64,000 bases of DNA from an uncultured Spirochaetota bacterium (GTDB lineage Bacteria > Spirochaetota > Brevinematia > Brevinematales > JAOACQ01): positions 1,568,001-1,632,000 of the forward strand of contig CAVYGN010000002.1 of the NCBI GenBank assembly GCA_963768055.1, read 5' to 3'. The notes beneath the pieces are model-generated. The model was not told the origin of the DNA and did no database searches. It saw nothing but the letters and a program-made list of their open reading frames with translations. How positions within the stretch are numbered: the stretch's first letter is position 1; every line of letters begins with the position of its first letter. Made by a program: the position numbers and the translations under genes. Positions 1 to 11,025 of the stretch are shown here, piece by piece.

Positions 1-344
1 TTTGAAAGAAACATCGTATGTTTACTTTCTACTGTTTTCAAATAAGCCGCAACTTTTATTTCCGCATTTACATCCTTCTTTAATACTTTTATCGTTTTGT
101 TGTTAATCCACCCCAATACTTCTTCAGCTTTATCAAGTAAAAGCCTAGCCTTACCCTTTTTTGCAGTAATCGATTCTGCTTGTGTCATCCTTTTATCCAT
201 AACTTCAAATCTCTCAAATGTTCCGTCCAGGCGAATAATAAGATCAATAGAAAACGGCTCGTCTTTAATAGCGTCGTGCACCAGTTTCTTACTGGCGTTT
301 TCATTTCTGATTTTCTTACCTAGCTCACTTAATTCTTTAATCAT
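1..344 (-). CDS. cas8c: Type I-C Cascade large subunit Cas8c/Csd1, N-terminal part (runs off window start)
   Basis: Not in ORF track. Manual translation from ATG at 344 (ATGA overlap with cas5 stop): MIKELSELGKKIRNENASKKLVHDAIKDEPFSIDLIIRLDGTF...KKGKARLLLDKAEEVLGW, open to position 1. Position directly after cas5c. Confidence 0.8.
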   Translation of the reverse strand, partial: MIKELSELGKKIRNENASKKLVHDAIKDEPFSIDLIIRLDGTFERFEVMDKRMTQAESITAKKGKARLLLDKAEEVLGWINNKTIKVLKKDVNAEIKVAAYLKTVESKHTMFLS

Positions 345-1066
345 AATGCAGCCCTTTGTACCTCTTCATTTTCCTCAATTTGGTTGAAAGCGTATATTTT
401 AGAAGATATTAAAGAATCTTCCGGTGGCCTAATATGGCTGGACAACATCATTTTATCGTTTTCCGGAACTTCACAGTTCATTATACCATTTTCAATTTTT
501 ACATCATAGAAGAAGAGTGGGGAAGGTTTACCGGAATTATCATAGAAAATATCAAAGAGCATGCTTCCGATGGGAATAACTTCTTCTATTGTTTTTTCAG
601 TTCCATCTGTTTCCATAAATTCAGCAGAAAATTCCCTTGTTCCCAGATATGGGCGTCGCCAGCACTGGCCTTTTTTTATGCGTCTTCGGAACATTTCCAC
701 ATACTTTTTAGGAGGGTTTTTATCATTATATTCTTTCTGGAATATAGAAGCTTCAATAATATATTCGACATCCTTTAAAACAATGCTGTTTCTCTGGGCC
801 CTTTTTTCCTCAATAATTATTGGATTTTCTCCCTGCTTTGAATTGATTTCATTCCGTTTCACAGAATAAAACCGCACTAATTTCAAAACAGAAATCCTTC
901 TAACATACCAAATAAATTCCGGTTTCCATAATATTGAATCGAGAATACCACGCGCTGCGGAAGGTGTCATACATGGATAAGTCATTCTTTCCACTTTAAG
1001 ATCTGGACGTGTAAAACAGGCAAAATCACCTGTCAATTTGACTTTCACAATCTCTTTATCCAACAT
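341..1066 (-). CDS. cas5c: Type I-C Cas5c (Cas5d), crRNA-processing subunit
   Basis: GDFACFTRPDLKVERMTYPCMTPSAARGILDSILWKP and PYLGTREF motifs of Cas5d. Confidence 0.95.
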   Translation of the reverse strand: MLDKEIVKVKLTGDFACFTRPDLKVERMTYPCMTPSAARGILDSILWKPEFIWYVRRISVLKLVRFYSVKRNEINSKQGENPIIIEEKRAQRNSIVLKDVEYIIEASIFQKEYNDKNPPKKYVEMFRRRIKKGQCWRRPYLGTREFSAEFMETDGTEKTIEEVIPIGSMLFDIFYDNSGKPSPLFFYDVKIENGIMNCEVPENDKMMLSSHIRPPEDSLISSKIYAFNQIEENEEVQRAAL

Positions 1067-1080
1067 AAACCCTCCTCCTA

Positions 1081-3255
1081 TTATACAATTAATATATCCG
1101 CTGTCATTGGTTCGACGGAAATTCCTGTTTCTCTGTTATAATTACCATACCAAATTTTAAAACCATGACGGTTTTCCTGATAATTTTCTTTGTTTTTTAT
1201 CAAAAAATCCGGATAAACTTGCACCATATAAGGCTGGATTTTTTCCCAGTCGTCCCGGTTCATATAAACCAGCTTATCCAGATCATTTGCAAGCTTGTTG
1301 CTTGCATCATTGTAATTATAAATAAAAAGTCCTTCAGTCGGTGTTTCGATCAGACGGTATGAGTTTGCTACTGTTTCAAAATTCATATCTTTTCGTGACT
1401 TATCGATATTTTTTGCATCAATATCTACAAAAAGGCTTACTACTTGATTGTAGTAGACCTCAAAAAATGAATGTTCATACAAGGGTGTAAGATTATCTCT
1501 GATTTTATCCATAACAAAATTCGCTAACGATCCATAGAGCCTGTCAGGCATTCTGCTGTCCAACAACCTGAATAAATAAACCTGGCCTTTTTCAGACATT
1601 TTCCCTTCCCGGTTACAACGTCCGGCAGATTGGATAATGGATTCAAGCGGCGCTATTTCACGGAAAACAAAAGGAAAATCGAAATCCACACCGGCTTCAA
1701 TAAGTTGAGTTGAGGAAACAATGATCTTTCTGTTATTTGCCAGATCTTCCCGGATCAATCGGATAACTTTTTTCCGATGATCCGGGCACATTCCTGTAGA
1801 TAAATGATAAAATTTATCAAAATTTCCAGCACTTTTTACATTATCAAAAAATAAACGTGCTGATTTCTTTGTATTGAAAACACAAAGGCAAGATTCTTTG
1901 TTTAAAGTTTCAGATACCAATTCTTCCAATGAAATTTCATCAAATCCCCGAATAATATTATAATCAACCCTGCGTAATTTATTAAATAACATCTCTGGGT
2001 TTTCAACTAAGGATTGAATGTTTTCAATGCCATCAAATCTATCGCGTTTTTCAAATGCCGGCAATGTTGCAGTACAAAATAAAAATGATGTATTCATAAT
2101 ATTTTGAATATTTTTCAGCATAGTCAATGTTGGTTGTATCAATTCTTTGGGAATGCTTTGCACTTCATCGAAGATCACAACTGATTCAGCTATATTATGT
2201 ATTTTTCTACACCGTGCAGGTTTATTACTGAATAACGTTTCGAAAAATTGAACAGTCGTTGTAACGATAACAGGATAATCCCAGTTTTCACAGGCGAGCC
2301 GCTTTGAATATTCAATTTCCTGTGTGTCTTCATCAGTACTTATTCCCTGATTGTAGCTTGAATGATGTTCTAATACCGCTTGATCTCCAAAAATGCCCTT
2401 AAGAATCTGCGCTGTCTGGTCAATAATGTTGATAAACGGCAGGACAACAATAACCCGTTTCAATTTATTCGCCTTTGCATGATTAAGAGCCCATAAAAAT
2501 GATGTTAATGTTTTGCCCATACCTGTTGGGAGGTTCATAGAATAAAAACCAATAGGTTTAGAGGCCTTCGAAATCGAATAATCTCGTGCCTGATTACGAA
2601 GTTTATTTAATTCACCATCTTTGGGTTTTTTATTTAATTCATCTTCCAGCAGATGGATCATAGCATCAATATTAAGTGTTTCTTTACTCCTTTTTATTTC
2701 ATCTTCCGGATGATAGAATGATTCGGTATTCAGCCAGTCTGCATCAGTCAAGGCGCTGAAAAGATAGCGGACAAACAATTCCCGTTCAAAAGATTTGCCT
2801 TCTTCATCCATATCTTTAAATTTAGGACTGCCAATTTCTAAATTTTGTTCCGGTAACTGTAATTCATTTATAAAGTTTTTATAATGTTCCGGATGTTTTT
2901 TTATTTCGACAGAATATTGATTCATATCATTTTTCCAGTCAGGTACATCAATCAAACCTTTGTGATGGCCATTTACAGCAAGAGAAATCTCGCGAAGATT
3001 CTTCTTTTTTGCCAGGGCAGCACCCCAAGAAGCATGTGGTACACTCCCCCGCCTGCCGCCATTTATTAAATAGTTTTGAAATTCCGGCTGATATTTGCCA
3101 AAATCATGAAGCACTCCTGCAATCCTAAAATTTTGGGCTTGTTCTTTGTTTATAGCAAATGATTCTGCAATTTCAGATGTTTTTTTTAAATGTTCTGATA
3201 GAAGCTGCCATTCAGATTCTTGAGTATTTTCTTTTGTATGGGCATAGAATATCAT
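1081..3255 (-). CDS. cas3: Cas3 HD nuclease-helicase
   Basis: YAH...HDFGK...GHH HD domain; PTGMGKT, DEVQ, TAT, QSAGRCNR helicase motifs. ATG at 3255 preferred over GTG 3267 because of an AGGTG RBS. Confidence 0.95.
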   Translation of the reverse strand: MIFYAHTKENTQESEWQLLSEHLKKTSEIAESFAINKEQAQNFRIAGVLHDFGKYQPEFQNYLINGGRRGSVPHASWGAALAKKKNLREISLAVNGHHKGLIDVPDWKNDMNQYSVEIKKHPEHYKNFINELQLPEQNLEIGSPKFKDMDEEGKSFERELFVRYLFSALTDADWLNTESFYHPEDEIKRSKETLNIDAMIHLLEDELNKKPKDGELNKLRNQARDYSISKASKPIGFYSMNLPTGMGKTLTSFLWALNHAKANKLKRVIVVLPFINIIDQTAQILKGIFGDQAVLEHHSSYNQGISTDEDTQEIEYSKRLACENWDYPVIVTTTVQFFETLFSNKPARCRKIHNIAESVVIFDEVQSIPKELIQPTLTMLKNIQNIMNTSFLFCTATLPAFEKRDRFDGIENIQSLVENPEMLFNKLRRVDYNIIRGFDEISLEELVSETLNKESCLCVFNTKKSARLFFDNVKSAGNFDKFYHLSTGMCPDHRKKVIRLIREDLANNRKIIVSSTQLIEAGVDFDFPFVFREIAPLESIIQSAGRCNREGKMSEKGQVYLFRLLDSRMPDRLYGSLANFVMDKIRDNLTPLYEHSFFEVYYNQVVSLFVDIDAKNIDKSRKDMNFETVANSYRLIETPTEGLFIYNYNDASNKLANDLDKLVYMNRDDWEKIQPYMVQVYPDFLIKNKENYQENRHGFKIWYGNYNRETGISVEPMTADILIV

Positions 3256-3315
3256 ATTCGTTAACACCTATAAGGCCCAGTACAAGCATCCGTGCTATTT
3301 ACTGAAAAGTAGGGC

Positions 3316-3981
3316 CTAATTTATTCCCAGTATTATATTGGATTTTCTGATACTATCCTGTATGTCTTTATTCGAGTATTTCAAATATACCAATGTATTC
3401 ATAATGTTTGCATGGCCCAGGATTGTTTTTACCTGGACTAGATTAACGCCGCTATTTAACAGCTGTATTGCCCTGGAATGTCTTAAGGTATGAAGATGGG
3501 CCAGGTCCTGATACTCCGTTCCCAGGATTGAAACAATATATTTTTTTAACGCCTTGTTGGCAGCCTGAATGGAAATCGGCTTGTTTCCTGAATTTTTAGC
3601 AAAAAGATAATCTGTTTTGATAAGTATTTTTAATTTTTCATACATCAGGATCCGGTTGATCAGAGAATTCGAAAGAGTAAGGACGCGCACTATGTTTTTA
3701 TTTCTTCTTTTCAACGTGGCCAGTTTTACTGTTTTGTTATAGAAATCGATATCATGAATTTTTACTTGAAGGACCTCGCTGATCCTGGCGCCGGTTTCAA
3801 AGGAAAATGAAAAAAGCATCTTATGGAATTCGTTAGTGATTCCATCGAGTAATTTAATAATCTCTGATTCATTAAGGTACTTTATCTCTTCTTCATAGTA
3901 ATTTTTCCAGGATGATTTATACTCCACAAGTTCAGTTTTGTTATGCTTAAGCTTTTTATTTTCATAAATTACTGCATGCAT
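3316..3981 (-). CDS. Short tyrosine recombinase (putative TnpI-like resolvase of Tn-A)
   Basis: ETGARISE, HTLRHS, LGH, VYL catalytic motifs; likely start MHAVIYEN at 3981 with GAGGTG RBS; lies between the IRs. Confidence 0.85.
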   Translation of the reverse strand: MHAVIYENKKLKHNKTELVEYKSSWKNYYEEEIKYLNESEIIKLLDGITNEFHKMLFSFSFETGARISEVLQVKIHDIDFYNKTVKLATLKRRNKNIVRVLTLSNSLINRILMYEKLKILIKTDYLFAKNSGNKPISIQAANKALKKYIVSILGTEYQDLAHLHTLRHSRAIQLLNSGVNLVQVKTILGHANIMNTLVYLKYSNKDIQDSIRKSNIILGIN

Positions 3982-3995
3982 TAGCCCACCTCGCT

Positions 3996-4121
3996 GGTTA
4001 AACTTAAATTGTAAATGAAACTTTCCGATAATAATTTTATCGTTTTCAAGCAAAATATGGAAGAAAATCGGGTTAAAAAAATTAGAAAAGTTTAACTTAT
4101 AATATGTTTCTTAAACTTTTT
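3996..4121. promoter_or_regulatory. Candidate resolution site / divergent promoter region of Tn-A
   Basis: Inverted repeat AAAAGTTTAA-N15-TTAAACTTTT at 4086-4120 plus further TTAAACTT-like copies near 3998 and 4016, between recombinase and tnpA. Confidence 0.4.
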
Positions 4122-4148
4122 CATGATAAATTAAATTCGGGGGTTTAC

Positions 4149-7118
4149 ATGAAAAAAAACTGGGAATTGGATGAATTAATCGAACATTTTACCTTTCTTC
4201 CAAACGAGCTTTCACTTATAGGCAACAAAACAGGAGAGACCAGACTCGGTTTTGCAGTCATCTTTAAGTATTTTCAACAAGAGGCCATATTTCCGAATTC
4301 AAAATCAGATATTCCAAAGGTTGTTATTGATTATATATCCAAACAAGTAAAAGTCGCTGGAGACCTATATGATAAATACGATATCAATAGCAGAACCTTC
4401 TTTAATCATAAAGCACAAATAAGGAAATTTTTCGGGTTTCGAGAACCAACTACAAGGGATACGAATGAAATGGCCACATGGCTTGAAAAGCAAGTCCTTT
4501 ATAACAATTTTGTTTTAGACCGAATAAAGGTTGAAGCATACAAACACTTCCGGGAATTACATATCGAGCCGCCTACTGACGAAAGAGTTGACCGTTTAAC
4601 TAGGTCGGCTATAGCTTCTTTTGAAAACCAATTTTTCAGAGATATTTACCAAAAGATACCCACTGAGTGCTTGTCAAAGATGGATTTATTGATTAATAAC
4701 CTTACATCATACGATGAAAACGAACAAGATTACAGTATTAATAAAGAAGTTATTTCTTTTAGCGACCTGCGTAACGATCCTGGTCGAGTCGGTTTGGAAA
4801 GCGTTTTTAAAGAATTGGGTAAGCTCCAGACGATCCGGCAATTGGGATTACCTGTAGATCTGTTCAACAATATCCCCCAAAAGGTGCTGAATAGATATAA
4901 ATTCCGGGCTGTTTCAGAAAAGCTTCCGGAACTTCGCCGGCATCCCGAACAACTCAGATATACGATCCTGGCTGCCTTTTTTTGGGTCAGGGGCAGAGAG
5001 ATAACCGATAATTTAATTGAATTACTAATCCATATTATTCATCATATCGGGGTCAGGGCCGAAAATAAAGTTGAAAAAGAACTTATTGATGATTTCAGAC
5101 GAGTCAATGGCAAAACAAATATTCTTTTCCAGATGGCTGATGCAGCCCTTGATAATCCAGATGGTATAGTCAGGCAAGTACTGTTTCCAGTCGTCGGTGA
5201 AAACACATTAAAAGCATTGGTAAAAGAGTATAAAAGCACCGGCTCAGCATATCAACTGAAAGTATATACGATAATGAGAGCATCTTATAGCCGTCATTAT
5301 CGCCGGATGGTTCCTGAATTACTCGATAATCTTACCTTCTGTTCTAATAATGATGTTTACAAGCCTATAATAAGGGCTTTGGATTTAATTAGGAAATATA
5401 ATGAATATGGGACAAGGTTCTTTGCAGATTTTGAAGACATTCCTATCGATAATGTAATTAAGACCTCAATGAAGGAGTTGATAATCGAGAAAGATAATAA
5501 ACGTCAGGAACGCATTAACCGAATCAATTATGAAATAGTAGTTTTACAGGCGCTTCGGGATAAACTACGTTGTAAGGAGATATGGGTTGTTGGGGCTGGA
5601 AGGTATAGGAATCCCGATGAAGATTTACCTATCGATTTTGAAGAACACCGGGAAGAACACTACAGGGCCTTAAAACAGCCTTTAAATCCATCTGAATTCA
5701 TTGATAAAATCCGCCAAAATATGATTGCTGGATTATCAAAACTCGATGCAGGTATGCCTAAAAATACTAAAGTCCAGATTACCAAAAGAGGTAATGGATG
5801 GATAAAAGTCTCTCCTATTGAGGCCCAGCCGGAACCTTTAAACCTCGCAATGCTCAAAACCGAAATAACAAGACTATGGCCTATGACAAATCTTCTCGAT
5901 GTGCTTAAGGAAGCCGATCTAAGGCTCAATTTTACAGATCATTTTAAAACAATGGCCGCTCATGAAAGATTAGACAGAACTTTAATCCAAAAACGTTTAA
6001 TATTGACTTTGTATGGAATGGGAACGAATACGGGTCTAAAACGAATAGCGGCTGGAAATCGTGGTGAAACCCATCAGGACCTGTTTTATGTCCGGAGAAA
6101 ATTCATCAATAAGGATAACTTGAGAGATTCCATATCATCAGTGGTTAACTCCATCCTTAAAGTCCGAGTTAAAGACGTTTGGGGAGATGGGACTACAACC
6201 TGTGCCTCAGATTCAAAAAAGGTAGGAGCATGGGACCAAAACCTGATGACTGAATGGCATATACGTTATAGAGGACGAGGTGTAATGATCTATTGGCATG
6301 TTGAGAAAAAATCTGCTTGTATTTATTCTCAATTAAAAGCATGTTCTTCATCTGAAGTGGCTGCCATGATAGAAGGGCTTTTAAAGCATTGCACTGATAT
6401 AAATATCGAAAAGAATTTTGTTGATACTCATGGCCAAAGCGAGGTTGCTTTTGCTTTTTGCCATCTTCTCGGATTTAACCTTATGCCCAGGTTTAAAAAC
6501 ATTGGCAGTCAAAAGCTTTACAGGCCAGATTCTGGTATGGCAGACTCCTACCAAAATTTACAGCCGGTATTAACACGGCCAATTAACTGGGAGCTTATAC
6601 GTCAGCAGTATGACCAAATGGTAAAATATGCTACAGCTCTGCGTTTGGGAACAGCCGAGACTGAAGCGATCCTGAAACGGTTTACCAGGAATAACTTAAA
6701 ACATCCCACTTATCTCGCTTTTGCCGAACTTGGAAAGGCCATAAAAACTATATTTATCTGCGAGTATTTGAATTCCGAAGAACTTCGACGCGAAATTCAT
6801 GAAGGACTTAATGTTATTGAAAATTGGAACTCCGCCAATTCTTTTATTTTCTATGGTAAGGGAGGCGAGATCTCAACCAACAGGATAGAGGATCAGGAAC
6901 TAGCAATTTTATGCCTTCATCTGCTGCAAAATTGCCTAGTTTATATCAACACGCTTATGATTCAACAAATATTATCTCAAAATAAATGGCATGATTTAAT
7001 GACAGCAGAAGATTTCAGGGCGCTTACGCCGCTTATTTATAATCACATTAATCCTTATGGGCATTTTAACCTGGATATGAATGAAAGAATTCCTATAGAG
7101 ACTGATATTGCTGCTTAA
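4149..7118 (+). CDS. tnpA: Tn3-family DDE transposase (intact, ~990 aa)
   Basis: RLGFAV N-terminus, [31 protein letters not shown]-terminus; stop just before the right IR. Confidence 0.95.
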   Translation: MKKNWELDELIEHFTFLPNELSLIGNKTGETRLGFAVIFKYFQQEAIFPNSKSDIPKVVIDYISKQVKVAGDLYDKYDINSRTFFNHKAQIRKFFGFREPTTRDTNEMATWLEKQVLYNNFVLDRIKVEAYKHFRELHIEPPTDERVDRLTRSAIASFENQFFRDIYQKIPTECLSKMDLLINNLTSYDENEQDYSINKEVISFSDLRNDPGRVGLESVFKELGKLQTIRQLGLPVDLFNNIPQKVLNRYKFRAVSEKLPELRRHPEQLRYTILAAFFWVRGREITDNLIELLIHIIHHIGVRAENKVEKELIDDFRRVNGKTNILFQMADAALDNPDGIVRQVLFPVVGENTLKALVKEYKSTGSAYQLKVYTIMRASYSRHYRRMVPELLDNLTFCSNNDVYKPIIRALDLIRKYNEYGTRFFADFEDIPIDNVIKTSMKELIIEKDNKRQERINRINYEIVVLQALRDKLRCKEIWVVGAGRYRNPDEDLPIDFEEHREEHYRALKQPLNPSEFIDKIRQNMIAGLSKLDAGMPKNTKVQITKRGNGWIKVSPIEAQPEPLNLAMLKTEITRLWPMTNLLDVLKEADLRLNFTDHFKTMAAHERLDRTLIQKRLILTLYGMGTNTGLKRIAAGNRGETHQDLFYVRRKFINKDNLRDSISSVVNSILKVRVKDVWGDGTTTCASDSKKVGAWDQNLMTEWHIRYRGRGVMIYWHVEKKSACIYSQLKACSSSEVAAMIEGLLKHCTDINIEKNFVDTHGQSEVAFAFCHLLGFNLMPRFKNIGSQKLYRPDSGMADSYQNLQPVLTRPINWELIRQQYDQMVKYATALRLGTAETEAILKRFTRNNLKHPTYLAFAELGKAIKTIFICEYLNSEELRREIHEGLNVIENWNSANSFIFYGKGGEISTNRIEDQELAILCLHLLQNCLVYINTLMIQQILSQNKWHDLMTAEDFRALTPLIYNHINPYGHFNLDMNERIPIETDIAA

Positions 7119-7163
7119 TACAATCTACTTTTCAGTACATAACACGAATGCTCCCATGGGGCC

Positions 7164-9338
7164 TACAAGAGTATAATCAACAACCCCCTTTCTAAGCCCA
7201 AAATATTTGGGTGAATGGCGGGAATTGATAGTATTAATCCGGGTCTCATATTTCTGACCATCGCTGCTGGAATGAATAACTTCATCAATATCGTAATACC
7301 TGAAGATCGGCAGATTGGCTGTAGCGTTGCTGACACGGTCGTTTGCTTCTTTCAGGGTTTCCAGGCGAATGAAATTATCTGACGCGGCAGCAAGCGTGGA
7401 ATAGCTGATATCTGAAGTTTCCCCCATCGTCCCCAATCCCATGTTGGTTCCCCAGGCAATTATGCAGGCAACAAGGATACGGTTGTCCCCAACTTGCTTT
7501 GTATAGCGCCCCAGGACGTGCTCAAATACTTCAAGAAACTGGCAATGCTGGTTAACAAAATGCATGACGCTCCCAAGTTCAATCTGCTTTAACGCGTCAA
7601 AAAACGGGTTGTTTATAGATTCATCGTCATCATCATTGGAATATTGAAGCACCCAACGGCTTTGTTTTCCACGTTTATTGATTTTGAAATGTTCATTTTC
7701 TCCGGATGCGATACGCCGGTTGACCTCTGCAATTCGGGATTCAAGCTTTTGTTCAAGTTCTGCCAAATGTTCCCTGACAGGTCGATCAAAGATAGTAAGG
7801 CTAATATCGGATATCAGTTTTTCTTTATTCTGCCATTGCTGGTCGTCTATCAGATCATCTTCAAGGCTCCGGAACCGTACGCTCTCACGGCAAAAGATAT
7901 CGCCGGCTTCCAGACTGTTTCGCAAAAGGCGATAAACCTGAAATTCATAGCGGTCCGGCGATACAATATTTTGATGGTAGATATAACGCTTTACACTGTC
8001 AGAAATATACTGGGTTGGCAAAGTTTCTGAAGAATATTGTCCAAGTGGCTTGTTTTTGATAAACGCCAGTTTTATGAAGTCAATAGCCTCAATCAGTGAA
8101 TCATTCGTCAAGGGGGACGCAAAATCAACCATTAGTAATATTTGCCGCAGGTGTCGTTTAAACTGCAGGGACAGTTTATCTATGTGCTCCCATTGCAAGG
8201 CAGTTTCATCGAATTTTGCATCGGTAGTAATTTGATAGGCTAAAGTCTCAAGCTTTTGCTGCTCCAGGATAGCAAATGCTATTTCCTGGACATAATGGAA
8301 AGGTGTGTCAGCCGCAATACTATCATCGGTGAATATCTTAAGCACCTGGCCGGCCTTTTTCAAGTTCTGGTTGTTTTCCACCAAATACTCATATACCCGT
8401 TCCTTAGCCGCGAATTTTGAAGCATCTACGTAACTCCTGACATTGTAAATAAGGGTGTTAATAAGGTTGTCATGCACCTGCTGAAAACGATGATAGATGT
8501 AACATAATAAATAGACATAGACCAGCCACTCATTAAGTCTCTTTAGCCTAAACACAGAGTAATAGTCTATCAATGAGGCATAGTATTTAATGCTTTCGTT
8601 AGAAATGCCCAATTCCGGCAATAGCTTTTGAATAAGCCGATACAAAGGCTGTATTCGTTTGCCCCGGTCAATCTCACGGTTGATTTCGCCAAGGGTAAAA
8701 TCTCTTGGTTCGTGTTTAAGTTGCGTGATCTCATATAAACCGGTTGAATCTTCTAACAGCCGTTTCATATCTTCAATATCCGATTGCTTTAGGTTATTCC
8801 GCATTATTGTGATTAAACGGGCTTGTTCATAAGTGATTGCCCTTCCTATCATTACCCTCATGTATCTGTAGCCGGGAACCACGATACGTTGACTGTTTAA
8901 ATAATTCATGATTTCACGGAAAATATAGACCGGTTTACTGCAGAGCGCTGCTGCCCTACGCGCTTTTTCCTCCAGATTCTTCCTTTCTTCAGAATCACAA
9001 TCACGATAATTGAACAGTTTAAGAATAAAATTCTGCTGTTTTAGCCGAGTATCTTTATCAATTGGACTAAAATCAATGATTTCATTGTTGCTGAAATGTT
9101 GTCTCAGCACATACTGGGAATCCTCTGCAACTTCATTGAAATTGAATGTAAAAAATAAATGCTTTGCTTTAAAATACCCGAGTTGTAGAACGAAATAAGC
9201 CCGGGATCTGATGGAATGTAACATCTGTAACAACTCTTTCTCTGGTTGAGTTAGGGAAAAATAACTATGCCTCTCCTCATCCGTAAAACAGGGTCTGCCA
9301 TAAATGGCTTCTACTTCATCTTCTCCAAGTATTTTCAA
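7164..9338 (-). pseudogene. tnpA: Second Tn3-family transposase (Tn-B), C-terminally truncated by Tn-A
   Basis: Tn3 motifs through HSSSDGQK...GVVDYTLV. The frame then runs into the Tn-A IR, which supplies GPMGAFVLCTEK. The later DDE residues are missing. Confidence 0.9.
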
Positions 9339-9415
9339 TAGTTTTTGTTCGGCGTCTGGTCCGTTTTGAATATTAATCGTATCCGTATTTATATTACCCT
9401 CTCTACCAGATAACG

Positions 9416-10060
9416 CTAATTCAGCCCCAACTTCAAATTTGCCCTCTGTACGGCCTCCGTTATCTGCTTGTTGGAGAATTTAACATAGATTAATGTAGAA
9501 GCGAGGCTACGGTGGCCCAAAAAGTCCTTCAACCGCACCACGTCGATCTCCCCGGATTCCAGAAGCTGGATCGCCCTGGTATGCCTCCATGTATGTGGTT
9601 TTGCCTTATCCGGTTCAATTCCAAGGTCCCGGCAATGCCGGAGCATGGATTGTCTCACGACCTGGCGGGAGACGGCCTTTTGTCCGGGGCCTTGAGCAAG
9701 GATATAATCCGAGGGGGATAGTCCTTTTTCCAGCTGGTGCTTGAGTATCATGGCTTTCAGCTTGTCTGATATCACAAGGACCCGGAATGCCGAACGGCGC
9801 TGCTTAAGAGTTGTGACTTTGATTTTGTTTGACTTGAAATCCATATCCTTGATCCGTATTTCCCGCGCCTCCTGGATCCTGCAGGCTGTCTCGAAAAGCA
9901 GGAGGTATACAAGCTGATACCAGGCGTTTACAGAAGCAAGCAGCCTTTCAGCCTCATCCATCGAGAAATACTTGATGGTTTCCCCGTCATACCAGTCGCC
10001 CTGTTCCTCATCGGGTTTTTTCAGAGAAACGGCCGTCTTCCGGATTGTTAGTTCTGGCAT
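9416..10060 (-). CDS. Short tyrosine recombinase (putative resolvase of Tn-B)
   Basis: ETACRIQE, HTWRHTRAIQLL, LGH, IYV; clearly homologous to 3316-3981; immediately upstream of tnpA-B. Confidence 0.85.
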   Translation of the reverse strand: MPELTIRKTAVSLKKPDEEQGDWYDGETIKYFSMDEAERLLASVNAWYQLVYLLLFETACRIQEAREIRIKDMDFKSNKIKVTTLKQRRSAFRVLVISDKLKAMILKHQLEKGLSPSDYILAQGPGQKAVSRQVVRQSMLRHCRDLGIEPDKAKPHTWRHTRAIQLLESGEIDVVRLKDFLGHRSLASTLIYVKFSNKQITEAVQRANLKLGLN

Positions 10061-10068
10061 ATTCCCTC

Positions 10069-10260
10069 TTATACAGCTTTATTATTTGAGAGTACTGCAT
10101 CGACAAATTTCCAGCCATCGGCTTTCAGTTTCTTTTCGTTCGCCTGGATACGCTCGGCGAATTTGTCCCAGTCGTTCCCGCATTCTTCCTGTATTTTCCT
10201 GCCAGCGTTCCTCATTTCATCGACAATAGGGTCGTTATTAAGATATTTCATCTTCCTCAT
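10069..10260 (-). CDS. Small protein, probable antitoxin partner of the PIN toxin
   Basis: 63 aa, DPIVDEMR motif, overlaps the end of the PIN gene. Confidence 0.6.
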   Translation of the reverse strand: MRKMKYLNNDPIVDEMRNAGRKIQEECGNDWDKFAERIQANEKKLKADGWKFVDAVLSNNKAV

Positions 10261-10747
10261 CCTCCCATGTGTTCAACTCTCTCAATTCTTGCGGTGTGCA
10301 GATTAACGGCGTAACAAGGCCAAGTTCCTTATTCAGATTCTTTAATCTTTTTTGAACATAAGCATTGGCCAGATGTGTAAAATTCCATGTCAACAGGGCA
10401 TCCATTTCATAGTGGACCGAATAAGCTATGTGGTACATATCCATGTACAATTTTTCAGGGAAATCGAAGTGTTCCATATACTGCCGGGCAAGATCCTTGA
10501 TCTCGGGTTTGTACTCAAGTATGTTCAAGCCTCTGACCAGATCAAGGCGTTTCTTGGCGTAAAGCTGGTCCCCGCCCTTTATCTCGTCGATCACGACTTC
10601 GGAAATATGCAATTCATAACTTTTCCTCTCTTTTTCCCACCACATTATAGATATTTCCTGGCGGGAAAGGGTAATCAAGTCGCGGCTCAACTGCGAAACA
10701 ATATAACTTGGTATCGTGGAATCCAGGTAAACCTTTTCTTTCTCCAT
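10238..10747 (-). CDS. PIN-domain (VapC-like) toxin
   Basis: VYLDSTIPSY, SEVVIDEI, DMYHIAYS, LLTWNFTHLAN pattern typical of PIN ribonucleases. Confidence 0.85.
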   Translation of the reverse strand: MEKEKVYLDSTIPSYIVSQLSRDLITLSRQEISIMWWEKERKSYELHISEVVIDEIKGGDQLYAKKRLDLVRGLNILEYKPEIKDLARQYMEHFDFPEKLYMDMYHIAYSVHYEMDALLTWNFTHLANAYVQKRLKNLNKELGLVTPLICTPQELRELNTWEDEEDEIS

Positions 10748-10768
10748 TATGCCTCAGTTTCCATTTCC

Positions 10769-10878
10769 ATATTTTGACAACATTATAGCTTAAAAAGGCT
10801 TAAAAGTAAAGTAAAATTGACCGATTTTCCGGCCTGTCTTATACTTTATGTTTACAAAATAAGATATTTTGACAACAT
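10769..10878. promoter_or_regulatory. Candidate tyrosine-recombinase resolution site of Tn-B
   Basis: Inverted pair ATGTTTACAAAATA-aga-TATTTTGACAACAT (10848-10878) plus a direct copy ATATTTTGACAACAT at 10769-10783. Confidence 0.5.
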
Positions 10879-10897
10879 GTAATTATTCCCCGGATTC

Positions 10898-10931
10898 CTT
10901 AGCGATTTTTTCCGTTTCGTGAGTTGACTCC
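10898..10931 (-). repeat. Tn3-type terminal IR (34 bp, shortened)
   Basis: Reverse complement GGAGTCAACTCACGAAACGGAAAAAATCGCTAAG; shares the CTCACGAAACGGAAA core with IRs at 26822 and 34199. Confidence 0.75.
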
Positions 10932-11025
10932 ATGAAGAAAAAGGGGCTGAAATACGGAAGAACAGACGATATTAATACATTCCCATGAATTTAATCCGAT
11001 TAAAAAATATTTAGAAAAAAGGGCG

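Larger units (their letters stand above)
3274..7163. mobile_element. Complete Tn3-family transposon (Tn-A) with tyrosine-recombinase resolvase
   Basis: 39-bp terminal IRs 3274-3312 (GGCCCAGTACAAGCATCCGTGCTATTTACTGAAAAGTAG) and 7125-7163 (reverse complement GGCCCCATGGGAGCATTCGTGTTATGTACTGAAAAGTAG), 31/39 identical. They enclose a divergent recombinase and tnpA. Flanks TATAA / TACAA. Confidence 0.85.
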
